A stretch of DNA of 64,000 nucleotides from Phoronis australis. Lineage: Eukaryota > Animalia > Phoronida. Each line of letters starts with the position of its first letter. The stretch's first letter is position 1. The DNA is taken from NCBI GenBank assembly GCA_002633005.1, contig NMRA01000263.1, forward strand, positions 486,143 to 550,142, read 5' to 3'. A program made the translations under genes and the position numbers. The notes under the pieces are model-generated. The model was not told where the DNA came from. It made no database searches and worked only from the letters and a program-made list of their open reading frames with translations. This document shows, piece after piece, positions 12,501 to 24,500 of this stretch.

Positions 12501-15500
12501 CTGTTTCCTTTTGTCAATTATATCTTTGTTACCAGCGTGCATGAATGTCACCCAAATTTCTGACATTAAGATTTCCGTTGTTCTCAAGAAATATTTTTGC
12601 TAGAGGTCTGTTTATTTAAAATAATGATTCATCATGCACAACATCTTAATTTTCCATGTAACTGAGGACTTGTGTTCTGATACATGACAAAGTTCATTTT
12701 TGAGCTTGCTGCTAAAATTTACCAAACCTGCTGGGCACATTACTTTTTGAAAATTTTTCATGCAGATTTTAAAATCTTGAAACTGTTTTTCAGATGCCAA
12801 ATGATTATGTAAGACCTCCACCCCAATCACCTACTGAAAAGGAACTCCACAACACTATTAGTTTACTAGGTCAGAAACGTCGCGAATGCAATGACACTTA
12901 CCTGCCACCGTATGGTGAATCAGTGAACTATCCAGTGAACTTGGGCTACGGAGCAGAAATTGGTCTACCACCTTCCATTCAAAAGTGCTGGGACCCATGC
13001 ACACACAAATGTTTTTACGTTGACAATGAAAAAGGTGTGACCTTTTGGAGCTTTGAAGTACCCAAAAAGGCTACAAAACGGACGGTAACACACCAGGTAA
13101 CTGTTAACAGTATTTTTATTTCACCATACAGTCTTCATTGAAATTCACACTTCTAGCAGACAGTTTTTATAAGAGTCTTCCAGTTAAGAGAAATTGCCAT
13201 ATCACTGTAGTTCAGTACAAGTTCTGTATCCAAAATGCAGGATACTGCGTATTTTATTACTATGTCCTGGCTTCCAAATTTTCAGTTTTCATTTGAATTC
13301 ACATCATAAAATTCTTACTTGGGAATAACTACACTCTTGTTTTTAAATTTTAAATTTATGTAGCGTGTAAGCTTTATCTTCACAAATCAACATAACCATT
13401 AGATTAGGGAGCTTCTTATATACAATTGATATTAAGCACCTTGTTGACAGATACACTAGATACCTTGGACTCACTTGTAATCCCCTTTTATGTTTATAAA
13501 AGTGTGACCAATTGTGTACTATAAGTGCTGGCTTGGTTGTATTTGTTGTTTTTTTTTTGTTAATTGGCTCACCTTGAGAATAATTGGCGTATGAGTGCAC
13601 CTGATGATGAACGGTTTGTGTTTCTAGAGGATACGCTATGGCGGTGGGAAAGTGTGTGAGCAGACAATATCTGCTAAATCTCTGCGAGACCCTGTTCTGC
13701 TGGATGAAATGGCGAGGAGAGTGAGACTAAAGGTAGGTACGGTACACACACACAATTCATGAACACTAGCTAGGCTATGACTGCAACTAATGAACACTAG
13801 TCTGTGACTTCTAACCGATAAACACCAGTCTATGACTATATACAACTCATGAACACCAATCACACAACTCATGAACACCAGTCTATGACTACTAACCATT
13901 AAACACTAGTCTATGACGATATGCAACACATGAACACCAGTCACATAACTCATTTTTGTACATTAGTCTATGACTACACATAACTCACCAACACCAATCT
14001 AAGACTACACACAACTCATGAACACCAGTCTATGACTACTAACCATTAAACACCAGTCTATGACGATATGCAACACATGAACACCAGTCACATAACTCAT
14101 TTTTGTACACTAGTCTATGACTACTCATAACTCACAAACACCAATCTTAAGACAAGACACGACTCATGAATACCAGTCTATGACTCTATGCAACACATGA
14201 ACTCTAGTCTATGACTGCACATAATTCATGAAACAGCAGTCTATGACTTCACATAACTCATGAACAACAGTATATGGCAACACGTAAATCATCATTGGAA
14301 CACCAGTCTTTGAGTACGGCGAAACTCGGGAACACCAGTCTATGACTATGCATAGCATATGAACATGGGTCTCTGATTTCATGTAGGTCTAACCCATGAA
14401 AACTAGTCTATGACTTCACACAACTGATGCACACTAGTTGATAACTATACATAACTCATGAACACCACTGTCTTATAAAAACCACTCTATGACCATGTGT
14501 AACTTATGAACACCAGCCTATGACCACATATAACTCATGAACAATAATTTGTGACTGCCTATAATTCATGAACAACTGTTTATGGCTACATGAACACCAG
14601 TCTATGCTATTATACATAACCCATGAGCACCAGCACATGACTATACAGCTCTGCCATTTATAGAGTGAGGCTGATCTCAGAAAATAACTTTTGTTTCTTT
14701 AACAGTAAATATTACATGTCGTAAAACAGTACTGGCTAAAAACCAAAAAAATTGAGATCGGTGCTTATTGCGTAGTAATGAAACTGAATGACGTGATCAA
14801 TCAAAAATACAGAATATACTGACATGTCACATCAAGTTGTTAACACTGAGTATGATTACTTGATGATGGCAATCTCTTTTCATGTTGGCATGTTTTTGAC
14901 AAGTATTCATTAGCCTATTCTTGTCACTTTTACAAATATCGCGTAAAGCTACACTGGTTTCAAAAAAACTTTCTTAATACGAATGATGGCAAACAAACAA
15001 GGACAAGAGAAATGTCAATCACTCAGTGAAGTTCTTCCACCTGTCTTTCAGCTGATGAGGTTATGCTGATACGTTCAGATTCTGGCCAGTACTTTGTTAA
15101 CTTGACTCGCTAGTAACAGATATTTTCTTCATATTGTATAACATAGAGTCAGTGATCCTCCACCTGTCAGCAAATTAACAACATGTCACCTGTTTTACCA
15201 GCATTTCATTAGCACTACCTGAGAATGAACCCAATTTTTCCTCAGGTGTACAAGGCGTGTCTTTAACGGACATTGACTCGGGGTCGAAACGCATGCTTGC
15301 TATTTCATCGGGATTTCTCCATTATGTTTCCAAAGGTACTCATCACCCGAGTACCTTGCGCTTGATAGATAACTAGAGTACACCTATTAGCAATTAAGCT
15401 TGCTACAAATACCCTGCTTTCCTGATAATCCATTTAAGAGCTGTACTGCAAGCCTGCTACTGGCTGTGTATCAACTAAACAAAATTCGAAAACATCGCTT

Positions 15501-18500
15501 TGCCATTGAGAATGTTACAGAATTTGTTGCTTTCTTTTAAGCAACAGCCGTGAGTATAGGAGCCGGTGAGCCCGGAATTATATTTCTTAGAAAATTTTAT
15601 CAATCATTTATCCTGACTGAGTTTACAATAGCATTGTGTCTATCTTGATTTTTGGAGTTTTATTGCAACTGGCCGGGTGCAAAGGTTTGGCTTGACACGG
15701 GACTGGTTCTAACATCATGTGTCAACATTATTTTAGTATCCAGAGTGAACCATGCAAGTTTGATCTAAGGTATAATAGAAGTGCACATATGATGAGTTTG
15801 TAAGTGATAAGTCAGCCAGTTGTTATTAATAACTTCTCTTTTCATGTCGTTCTGTCTTTAACCTGTAAAGGCTGAGGTACTCTCTGATTGGATGGTAATA
15901 TTTCACTTCCTGTTACACATTATCAGTTGGAAACATTTCAAGATCTGGAGCCCTGTAATGCATTTCAAAATTGAGTCCCAACATCCTGGTCTGATTCAGT
16001 TGAGATTTTTTCTGCGCGATTGTCTCATGACTAGCAAAGGAAATTCGATTTTGTAGTCATTATGCTTTCCCATTATGAAACAATACCAAATGTCACAAAA
16101 TTGGCACTGCACGCTTGCTTTATTGTTGTGCTTTTACACACTATTTATGTCACTAATGGTACGATGCCATCAAATACTTGAATGTTTTTAGACTCATCTT
16201 GCCTTAAAATGGTCTCAAGACTCATCTGACAATAATAAGGCTGTATGCATGGACAAAATAGACTAGAATAGGCACCATTAGAATCTGCTTATCTGTAAAC
16301 TAGGTAACCTCAGTGTGCAGTTGTTGGATATTATGTGCCCATATTTTCAGTCATTAGGCAAATCTTACGCTAACAAGATTTGCATGCTAGTGGACGAGAT
16401 AGTGTGCACCATTTACCCCCAGCGTATGCAGCGAAGTCCTTGGCACATCAAAGGTTTGATAGCACCCTCACTTCACGGATTGAAGGGAGCTACTTACTAA
16501 TCATGGACTTGGCTGAACGTGCTGGATGAGACAATTACAGTCGTAAACCAACAGTCACCTGTTTAGCGTACGAGTTTCAAAGTCAAAACCGAACATTAAG
16601 TAAGGCAAGAGACCATCATGAATTTTTGAAATTGAAAAGTAAATATTAGCCGTCTTTGAATTTTTAAAATTGAAGCATTTTAAGAGAAATTAGCGAATAG
16701 ATTGTTTTTTAATTTTGCGGCTAAGCAAGGAGAATTAATTTGTGAATTGATTAGGACGGGTCAATCACAGTCTGGCTTAGGTTCGGTTAGGCGTTGTGGT
16801 AACAAAACCCCAAATGCTAGTGCAGGATTCTCCTCGTGTTGAGAACCAGTTGCCTGTTACTCGGTGGAGACAACGGGTTCTCAAAATTCAGGCATGTAAT
16901 ATCCAACTGTTATCCTCTTAACTGGCATTTGATGCACGGTAGGCACTACACTTGCAAACCACATGGATGAGGATTCTCCTGAACTGAATAATAATTGGAA
17001 AGAGTAGAATAGGTGTTATACAGCACCTATGAATCCTGTTGGGATTACAATTACCATACTGCCAGGATTCATACGACCAACTTCTTTTGATTGGGCATTA
17101 CGAGGGAGCAGAGATGGATGTCAGTGATAACCTTTGCCTGTTGGTGGCAACATTTTTCTCCTCCCAACATTAGAAACTGCGGACTAGATAAGTAAATCCT
17201 TCATCACAAATTTGTCACTGATCGTCAAAAACGGCACTGGGTTCGGTAAGTTAACTACAACAGAAAAAAATTAAAAATAATAATCATTGCAACTGCTGCT
17301 CCTTTGTTTACGTGTTCCTCTATCCTGCAATCTGCCTGAGCAACACAAAGAGTCCACCACATCACGATTATAAAAGTGATCTTGATACATCCAAAGAGTG
17401 CAGTGAAATTTGGAATGGTTAGAGCTTCATGACTGTGCAGGTTCAAAAATAAGTGTAACACTATAGTAATCTAAGGGCAACGTAACCGAGTTTTGTTTAA
17501 AGGGCCTTTCATGCTAATGTCGACGAGTCAATGGTTAACAGTTAGCGGGTGGATTTCACACTGCAGCGTCAACGCTGCAGTGCAGTATGAATGGTTAACT
17601 TCGGTCCAATCGAAGTTATTGCCAGGTGCCACTGTTATCGTCAACAATTACAGGATAGTGCCGTCACTAATAGCTGCTTATATTTTGCTCTAATAATAAC
17701 CAATCGATTTAAAAATAATAATGTCAATTAGCACATGTAAATGTTCCCAAATTGTCACATTAAAAAAGTCTTAGCATGCAGTGCCACCTTGCGATAACTT
17801 TGATGACGACAGTGTCACCTACCGTTTACTTCGATGTTCGTTAACTACCGAAGCCAGTATGAATGGTCCAGTTTAACCAAACTACTCTGTTTACATCAAC
17901 ACTCCGCTCAGACTGGAGATAAGTCAATATGAAAGGGCCTTAAGTCTCCAATTTTGCATCATTTGGTGCAATTTAGTTACATGCATACTGCTGCATTAAT
18001 GGAGGTGTCAATATGGATGCAGTTGTGATAAATTGTAAGTAATAAAACTACAAGAAATGGAACTCATTCCTTTCGTTAGTAGATAAATTTACAGTATATA
18101 TTCCTTTGATAAAAGTACTACAAGATATGCCTACTTTTCCAGTTTATATGGGGTGTCATTCTGTACTGGTGTAGTGATTCCTGGATTGTGTTCATTAACC
18201 CATAGTAAATTAAATGAAACAAANGCGGACTAGATAAGTAAATCCTTCATCACAAATTTGTCACTGATCGTCAAAAACGGTATTGGGTTCGGTAAGTTAA
18301 CTACAACAGAAAAAAATTAAAAATAATAATCATTGCAACTGCTGCTCCTTTGTTTACGTGTTCCTCTATCCTGCAATCTGCCTGAGCAACACAAAGAGTC
18401 CACCACATCACGATTATAAAAATGATCTTGATACATCCAAAGAGTGCAGTGAAATTTGGAATGGTTAGAGCTTCATGACTGTGCAGGTTCAAAAATAAGT

Positions 18501-21500
18501 GTAACACTATAGTAATCCAAGGGCAACGTAACCGAGTTTTGTTTAAAGGGCCTTTCATGCTAATGTCGACGAGTCAATGGTTAACAGTTAGCGGGTGGAT
18601 TTCACACTGCAGCGTCAACGCTGCAGTGCAGTATGAATGGTTAACTTCGGTCCAATCGAAGTTATTGCCAGGTGCCACTGTTATCGTCAACAATTACAGG
18701 ATAGTGCCGTCACTAATAGCTGCTTATATTTTGCTCTAATAATAACCAATCGATTTAAAAATAATAATGTCAGTTAGCACATGTAAATGTTCCCAAATTG
18801 TCACATTAAAAAGGTCTTAGCATGCAGTGCCACCTTGTGATAACTTTGATGACGACAGCGTCACCTACCGTTTACTTCGATGTTCGTTAACTACCGAAGC
18901 CAGTATGAATGGTCCAGTTTAACCAAACTACTCTGTTTACATCAACACTCCGCTCAGACTGGAGTTAAGTCAATATGAAAGGGCCTTAAGTCTCCAATTT
19001 TGCATCATTTGGTGCAATTTAGTTACATGCATACTGCTGCATTAATGGAGGTGTCAATATGGATGCAGTTGTGATAAATTGTAAGTAATAAAACTACAAG
19101 AAATGAAACTCATTCCTTTCGTTAGTAGATTAATTTACAGTATATATTCCTTTGATAAAAGTACTACAAGATATGCCTACTTTTCCAGTTTATCTGGGGT
19201 GTCATTCTGTACTGGTGTAGTGATTCCTGGATTGTGTTCATTAACCCATAGTAAATTAAATGAAACAAAATATTTGAAAGGCTGACTCCTTCCACGTATC
19301 TGTTTGGAAGTGTAGCGCAAAAACTGGGGTATATTCATAGGAAAGTGAGTTGAAAACAATATGCTATAAAGTAGCGGAACCATTTTTTATCATTTACATC
19401 TTTGCAAATTTGCTAATGCAGGAATTCACCATGTCTGAAAGCTGTATCCTCAATACACAACGAATTGCAAAAATTACCATTGATCACCTATTTGGACAAA
19501 CTCAAAGCATATTGATAGTTTTTTCACCTGATGTTTAATTCCTCCATTAGTCTGCAGGATATGCTTGAGACACCCAATCCCAAAATTTCACAATATGAAG
19601 AGGTTATCTCAATACACACTTTTTATTTCTGTACTTTTGTTTTTTTTTGTCAATTACCAAGCGTGGAGTTGTAGAACATACTGGAGATGGTTAGCAAATT
19701 ACAAAAACAACTTGAACAGCCCAGGTTTGAAACAAGAAACTGGTGATTTCACCCCTATCACCTGGTCATTCGTACATTTTCTACCTGACTACTCTTGCAA
19801 TCATGCTATGCATGACTTGAAATGCCCTGGTTTTGTACATACTTTGGCCAAAGCTATTTTCAGTCATAACATATAAAATAGACATTGAAAAAATTCTTGG
19901 ATCTGCTCAAAGGCAGGCACTTCTGACATTAAGATGAATGATGTGTCGTTAAGTACCAGGGTGTATGTTGTTCTGTGTCAGTTATGAATGATGGCATGGT
20001 TTTTTACTACTAATATTCATATAAAGTACCAAAAAAAAGAGTTTCACCCCAAAACATGAATCGAAACTATGGGGCTTTAAAACATGGTTTTAATTCGCTT
20101 CTCTATCTTTTGTGAAACAAATACATTGTTATGCCACTCAGATAAGGGTTGCTTTCACAAAAGTTTCAGATTAATTTATTAGCCCACATCTAATGGTTAT
20201 CAGACAGATTTATTAGCTGTTTCAGTTCCATCAAATATTGCTTTTTGTGGTTTCACTCACATGATTTAGCAAACTGAACAAAGACATTTAAAGCATGAAC
20301 TGTTAAATATTTCAGTGCAACATTGTAACCATAGTTTGTTTTATTAATCTGGTGCCTATCATAAAGTCGGTCGTTAATAATGCCAAGTTCAAACCAGTGA
20401 CAAAAATTCCAGCAGGTTTTTGTTGGCGAAATCACTAGCTTTTCAGCCATGTAGATGTGGTGTTTGTGAAGGAATTATTTTTGCCAGCAGTTTGTTTCTT
20501 CACCTGAATCATTTTTAAGCAAAAATTTATGTCAAAGCACATTCACTTCATGCAATAAGTTTATTAATGTAATGATAAACACAAGCCTCCTTCCTGTGCA
20601 TGTTATATGAGGTTAGCTACAGAATTGCCAGCGGAAACACCAGCAATTTTGGGTTAACTGCCAACAAAGCCCAAGCAAAAGTGACATGTGTAACCCATCT
20701 CCTGACTGGCAATTTTTACTTGAAAATGCTAGAATTTAGCCAGTTTGTGAATGGGGTATGAGACTGTGTATGCAAGTCATAATTACAATACTGTGCTGAA
20801 TGACACTGTTCTTGAAACAATATTGGTTTAATTTGTGTTTATTACAAATAACATAATTGAAAACTGTTTTACGCAAGTTTATTTTGTTGTTAGTTGTCTC
20901 ATTGTTGCGGAGCATGTGATGGTCTCTTACTTTACTGTGCTGGGTGAGCCAAACCATTGCTGAACCATTTATCATGACTTGATATGTTGTTTACTTCTTG
21001 CAAAAATTTTGTAAGGCCATTTTTTCGACAAATATATGGTTGGGTCGTGTCTTGTACCTGGTGACAGCGGAAAAGACAGCTAAATTTTGTTTGCAAAAGT
21101 TTGACTTCAAATCTTCCGCTCTTGGCGTTGACTCGTGCTAGTATAAAGACTGCAGGTTTAATGGTACTTTTATCATGATGAGATGACATCAGGTCATTGT
21201 TTTGGGGTCGGTTAATTTTCATAACTTGATTTCAACAAAGCCATCTAATTAGCTGGATAAAACTATTTTGTTGATGACATGTCATCTCATAAAACAGACT
21301 CATGGAGACCAGCCAAAACAAAATGAAAACTTAAAATATTTATCTTCTCTAAACATCCTGTTCCCTAGAGAATCAAATTTTAGCTCAGTCAATTAAATAT
21401 ATAACAACATATCTTTAAATGGCAGTGTGACCAGGCCAGCCATGCTTATTTATTTGACATGATGTTGATATTTAACTTCTTGGCATTTCACTTTGTCAGT

Positions 21501-24500
21501 GTAATCCTAGAGATAAAGCTTGAGTAGGATATCCTGAACAGCCCTGGGCCATTATAAGTTATGGTCTTAGTGGCTTCATCATGATGAGATTCTGACTATT
21601 TTGAACCAGTTGGCCTTAGATTTGATTCTGATTGAAAGGCCATTTATTTTTTATCGTTCAGAATACTTACTGTAACTGTACAAATTTGGTGCCTTTGTGA
21701 AGGACGTTTGCTTCCTTAAGTCAAATGATAAATTTGGAGCCAATTAATATGCACATGTTCAATTAACTTGTATAAACGTATTTTGGTGATGCATTCTCTC
21801 ACAAGATACGGCCATTGTTCAAATACCTGGTAATCATAAACGAACGATTTTAATAATTCCTCAGAGGCATGAATAGTCCACATTGGTAACCACTATTCAT
21901 ACCTGTATGCATACAGTTTCTACAGTACTTTCTGTGCCTAGCATTACTCCTCTGGTGATTTATCAGTGTTATTTAACATTTTCCTTGCTAAGAGCCATTA
22001 CACCAATGTTTATTGCACAGTGCATAGTGTGTCTAAAGGCACTGCATGGTGCTGGAAAGAAAGGAACTAAGGTCAGTGAAAAGATCCTTTAAAACTGTTA
22101 ATGGTATATGTTGCCATGGCCAACCTTTGCAAAACAACAACAACAAGAGCATTTTTACTACTCATTTTGGTAACCCCAGTTAGGGCTCACTGCAAGTGTC
22201 AGTGGACTGTGCCAGAATTTCTCTGCAAATTGTTAGGAGTTCACTTTACACCAGAAGGCTCTAGAACTTTATAGCAATTTGATCACCAGTGATTCATCTT
22301 AGTTTGTTTATACAATCCTGGAGAGCAGGGGCATCATGTTGTTGACAAATTGAATGTTGTTTTGGTATTCCTGTTTATTTTATCAGATTCTGTTTCTGAG
22401 AATTGCTGTAGTCACCAGCTCACATTGACCACTGTTCAAAGAATTATCCCTGATGCTGACTGTTAACTTGGTCCAGAGCTCCTTATGCAACTTTCAAATT
22501 GCCTCCTGCAGACTTAAAACACTTGAGTGTGATTAAATGTGAGAGCAGTGCCTCCACTGAAGTGTCCAAACAAATCTAATAATTATGGATATCTTGCACA
22601 TGTTTTGTGATGCACTGAGGGCCTTGTGTATAGACACTTTTTGCAGTAAAGGTATAACTTGTTGGTCCATGAGAGGGTCCAGGTGGATCCAACCTCCCTA
22701 ACCTCTCCTGCTTGTCATTTGCATTGTTGTTAAGGGTGGAACTTTCCCTACATTGCCATCTATCTGGAGCTGTGTGGTGACGGTAAACGTATACTTCTCA
22801 TCTGTTGTTTGCGAAAAAGTCACTTGATAAATTCTCTCTAAGTTGAATAAACTTATAAAGTTGTGTTGATAGGTAATGAAGGAGTTTTGGTAATCTAATA
22901 ATCTTGTTAGTGGTTCAACCACATTTCATCCAGGTACTGAATGGCACTTTGCTTGGCAATCTGTTAATTCTATCTTATTTCAGCAACACCGGCAAACTGC
23001 CTACTGATCTCTTTTTTATGTTGTATCTGAGGCGTTGTCCCTGGATATAATTCTCAACTAGTTAGTGGACACTTATACATTCAAAACCTTTCCTTGTTTA
23101 AGTCTTAGTCATTCTGTGTTTGCTGTTATCATTTCTGAGCTTGGATTTCATGCTGAACATTCTGATTGATTTTGGCATGGGAACTATTGTAACAAGTCTA
23201 TGGTTTGGGGGAATAATTAAAGCATATTAGTTACCATAGTTAGTTCCTTCCATTTTCTATATTTTCTTGGGAAGTAGTGTGATCAACAAACACAGTGTTC
23301 AGGCATGTGTTTTGGAATGTCTGATACATGTTGATATATCTACTGTCATGTTTTGTACTGATTATTGTGAACTGTGTTATGATGGATGTTTTGATTTGTG
23401 TTAATATGACACAAATTAAGTTTGCTTCTGTTATTTGGATTTCCTTGATGAATTTTGCGAAATTGAGTAAAGTTAAGGAGAGGATTGTTTCTCATTTTCG
23501 AATGGATTTAACTCGTTTTTTGCACCACCCAGTGGACATTCTTTTATTTTTAGTCTGTTTTTGGCATCCCCCTCTCTATTCATTGTAACTGATTAAAGGA
23601 TCATTGTGATAATTACCTGATGTGTTTTTGCTGAAAATACTTAGGCTGACGTTGATTTTTGCACAAACTGACTACTGTGGTGCCCCCTGGTGACAGTTTG
23701 TTTTTTATGCATCTGAGGCTCTATCTCCTTATCCCATTTCAAGAATTGTTGGCTAAATTTTAGGAAGTATCTTCCTGTAATTATGACAGATGAGGGTGAC
23801 TTTTGGACGAATGTGACCACTGCTGCGCCCTCTAGTGGCACTATTATTTTTTACGTTTACCTCAGTCTGCATCTTGAGATTTCCTTGTCATGAAATTTAA
23901 TAAATAGATTTTTATCAAGTATATGATGTTATCTCGTTTTTGGATGGATTCATTATATTCTGTGCCACTTCAGTGGCTAGTCTGTTTTTTTGGCGTTCAC
24001 CTCTGTCCGCCAAACCCATCATCATTATGAAAATCGGCTGATTGTATTAGTGCTAAGAAGACCTCAGCTGACAATTTTTGGACACTCTGACTACTGTGGT
24101 GACTTCAGTGGCAACTTTGTTTTTTGCATCCAGCAGCTATATCTCGATCCTTATCCCCTTGCAGGATCTCAGAAAATTTTGGCAAGTGTTTTTCTATCAT
24201 GAATGTGACAACAGATGACGACTACTTTTGGTCATATCTGCACCATGTCTGTGCCTCCTAGTGACAATTATATTTTTTACGCAAGTATACCTCTGTATCT
24301 TTGGAGTTCCTCGACCAAATTTCTAGAAATTTGGTACCTAGGTTTCTTTTAAATACAAGACAACACCTTTTTATTTTCAGGTGGATTAGACATTTTGTGC
24401 ACCTTAATGGCAATTTTTATTATTTTCTAGTCTGTTTTTGGCGTCTGTCTCTATCCACTAAACTGCTGAAAAGATCATTAAAAGAAAATTGACAGCATTT

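Larger units (their letters stand above)
17179..19269. repeat. 1045-bp direct duplication flanking an N (17179-18223 / 18225-19269), probably uncollapsed alleles
   Basis: Two copies at offset 1046, about a dozen substitutions, no indel, separated by a single n at 18224. Confidence 0.9.

Noticed and set aside
13748-14645. CRISPR-like array of ~29-bp repeats
   Set aside because: Units are contiguous and degenerate, with no unique spacers and no cas genes, in a eukaryotic intron; it is a minisatellite.
15052-15100. CTGATGAG hammerhead ribozyme core
   Set aside because: No stem II followed by GAAA and no closing stems; other CTGATGA hits I checked also failed.
17255-18739. Tandemly duplicated small protein genes
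   Set aside because: Identical ORFs arise from the N-flanking duplication and a MITE.
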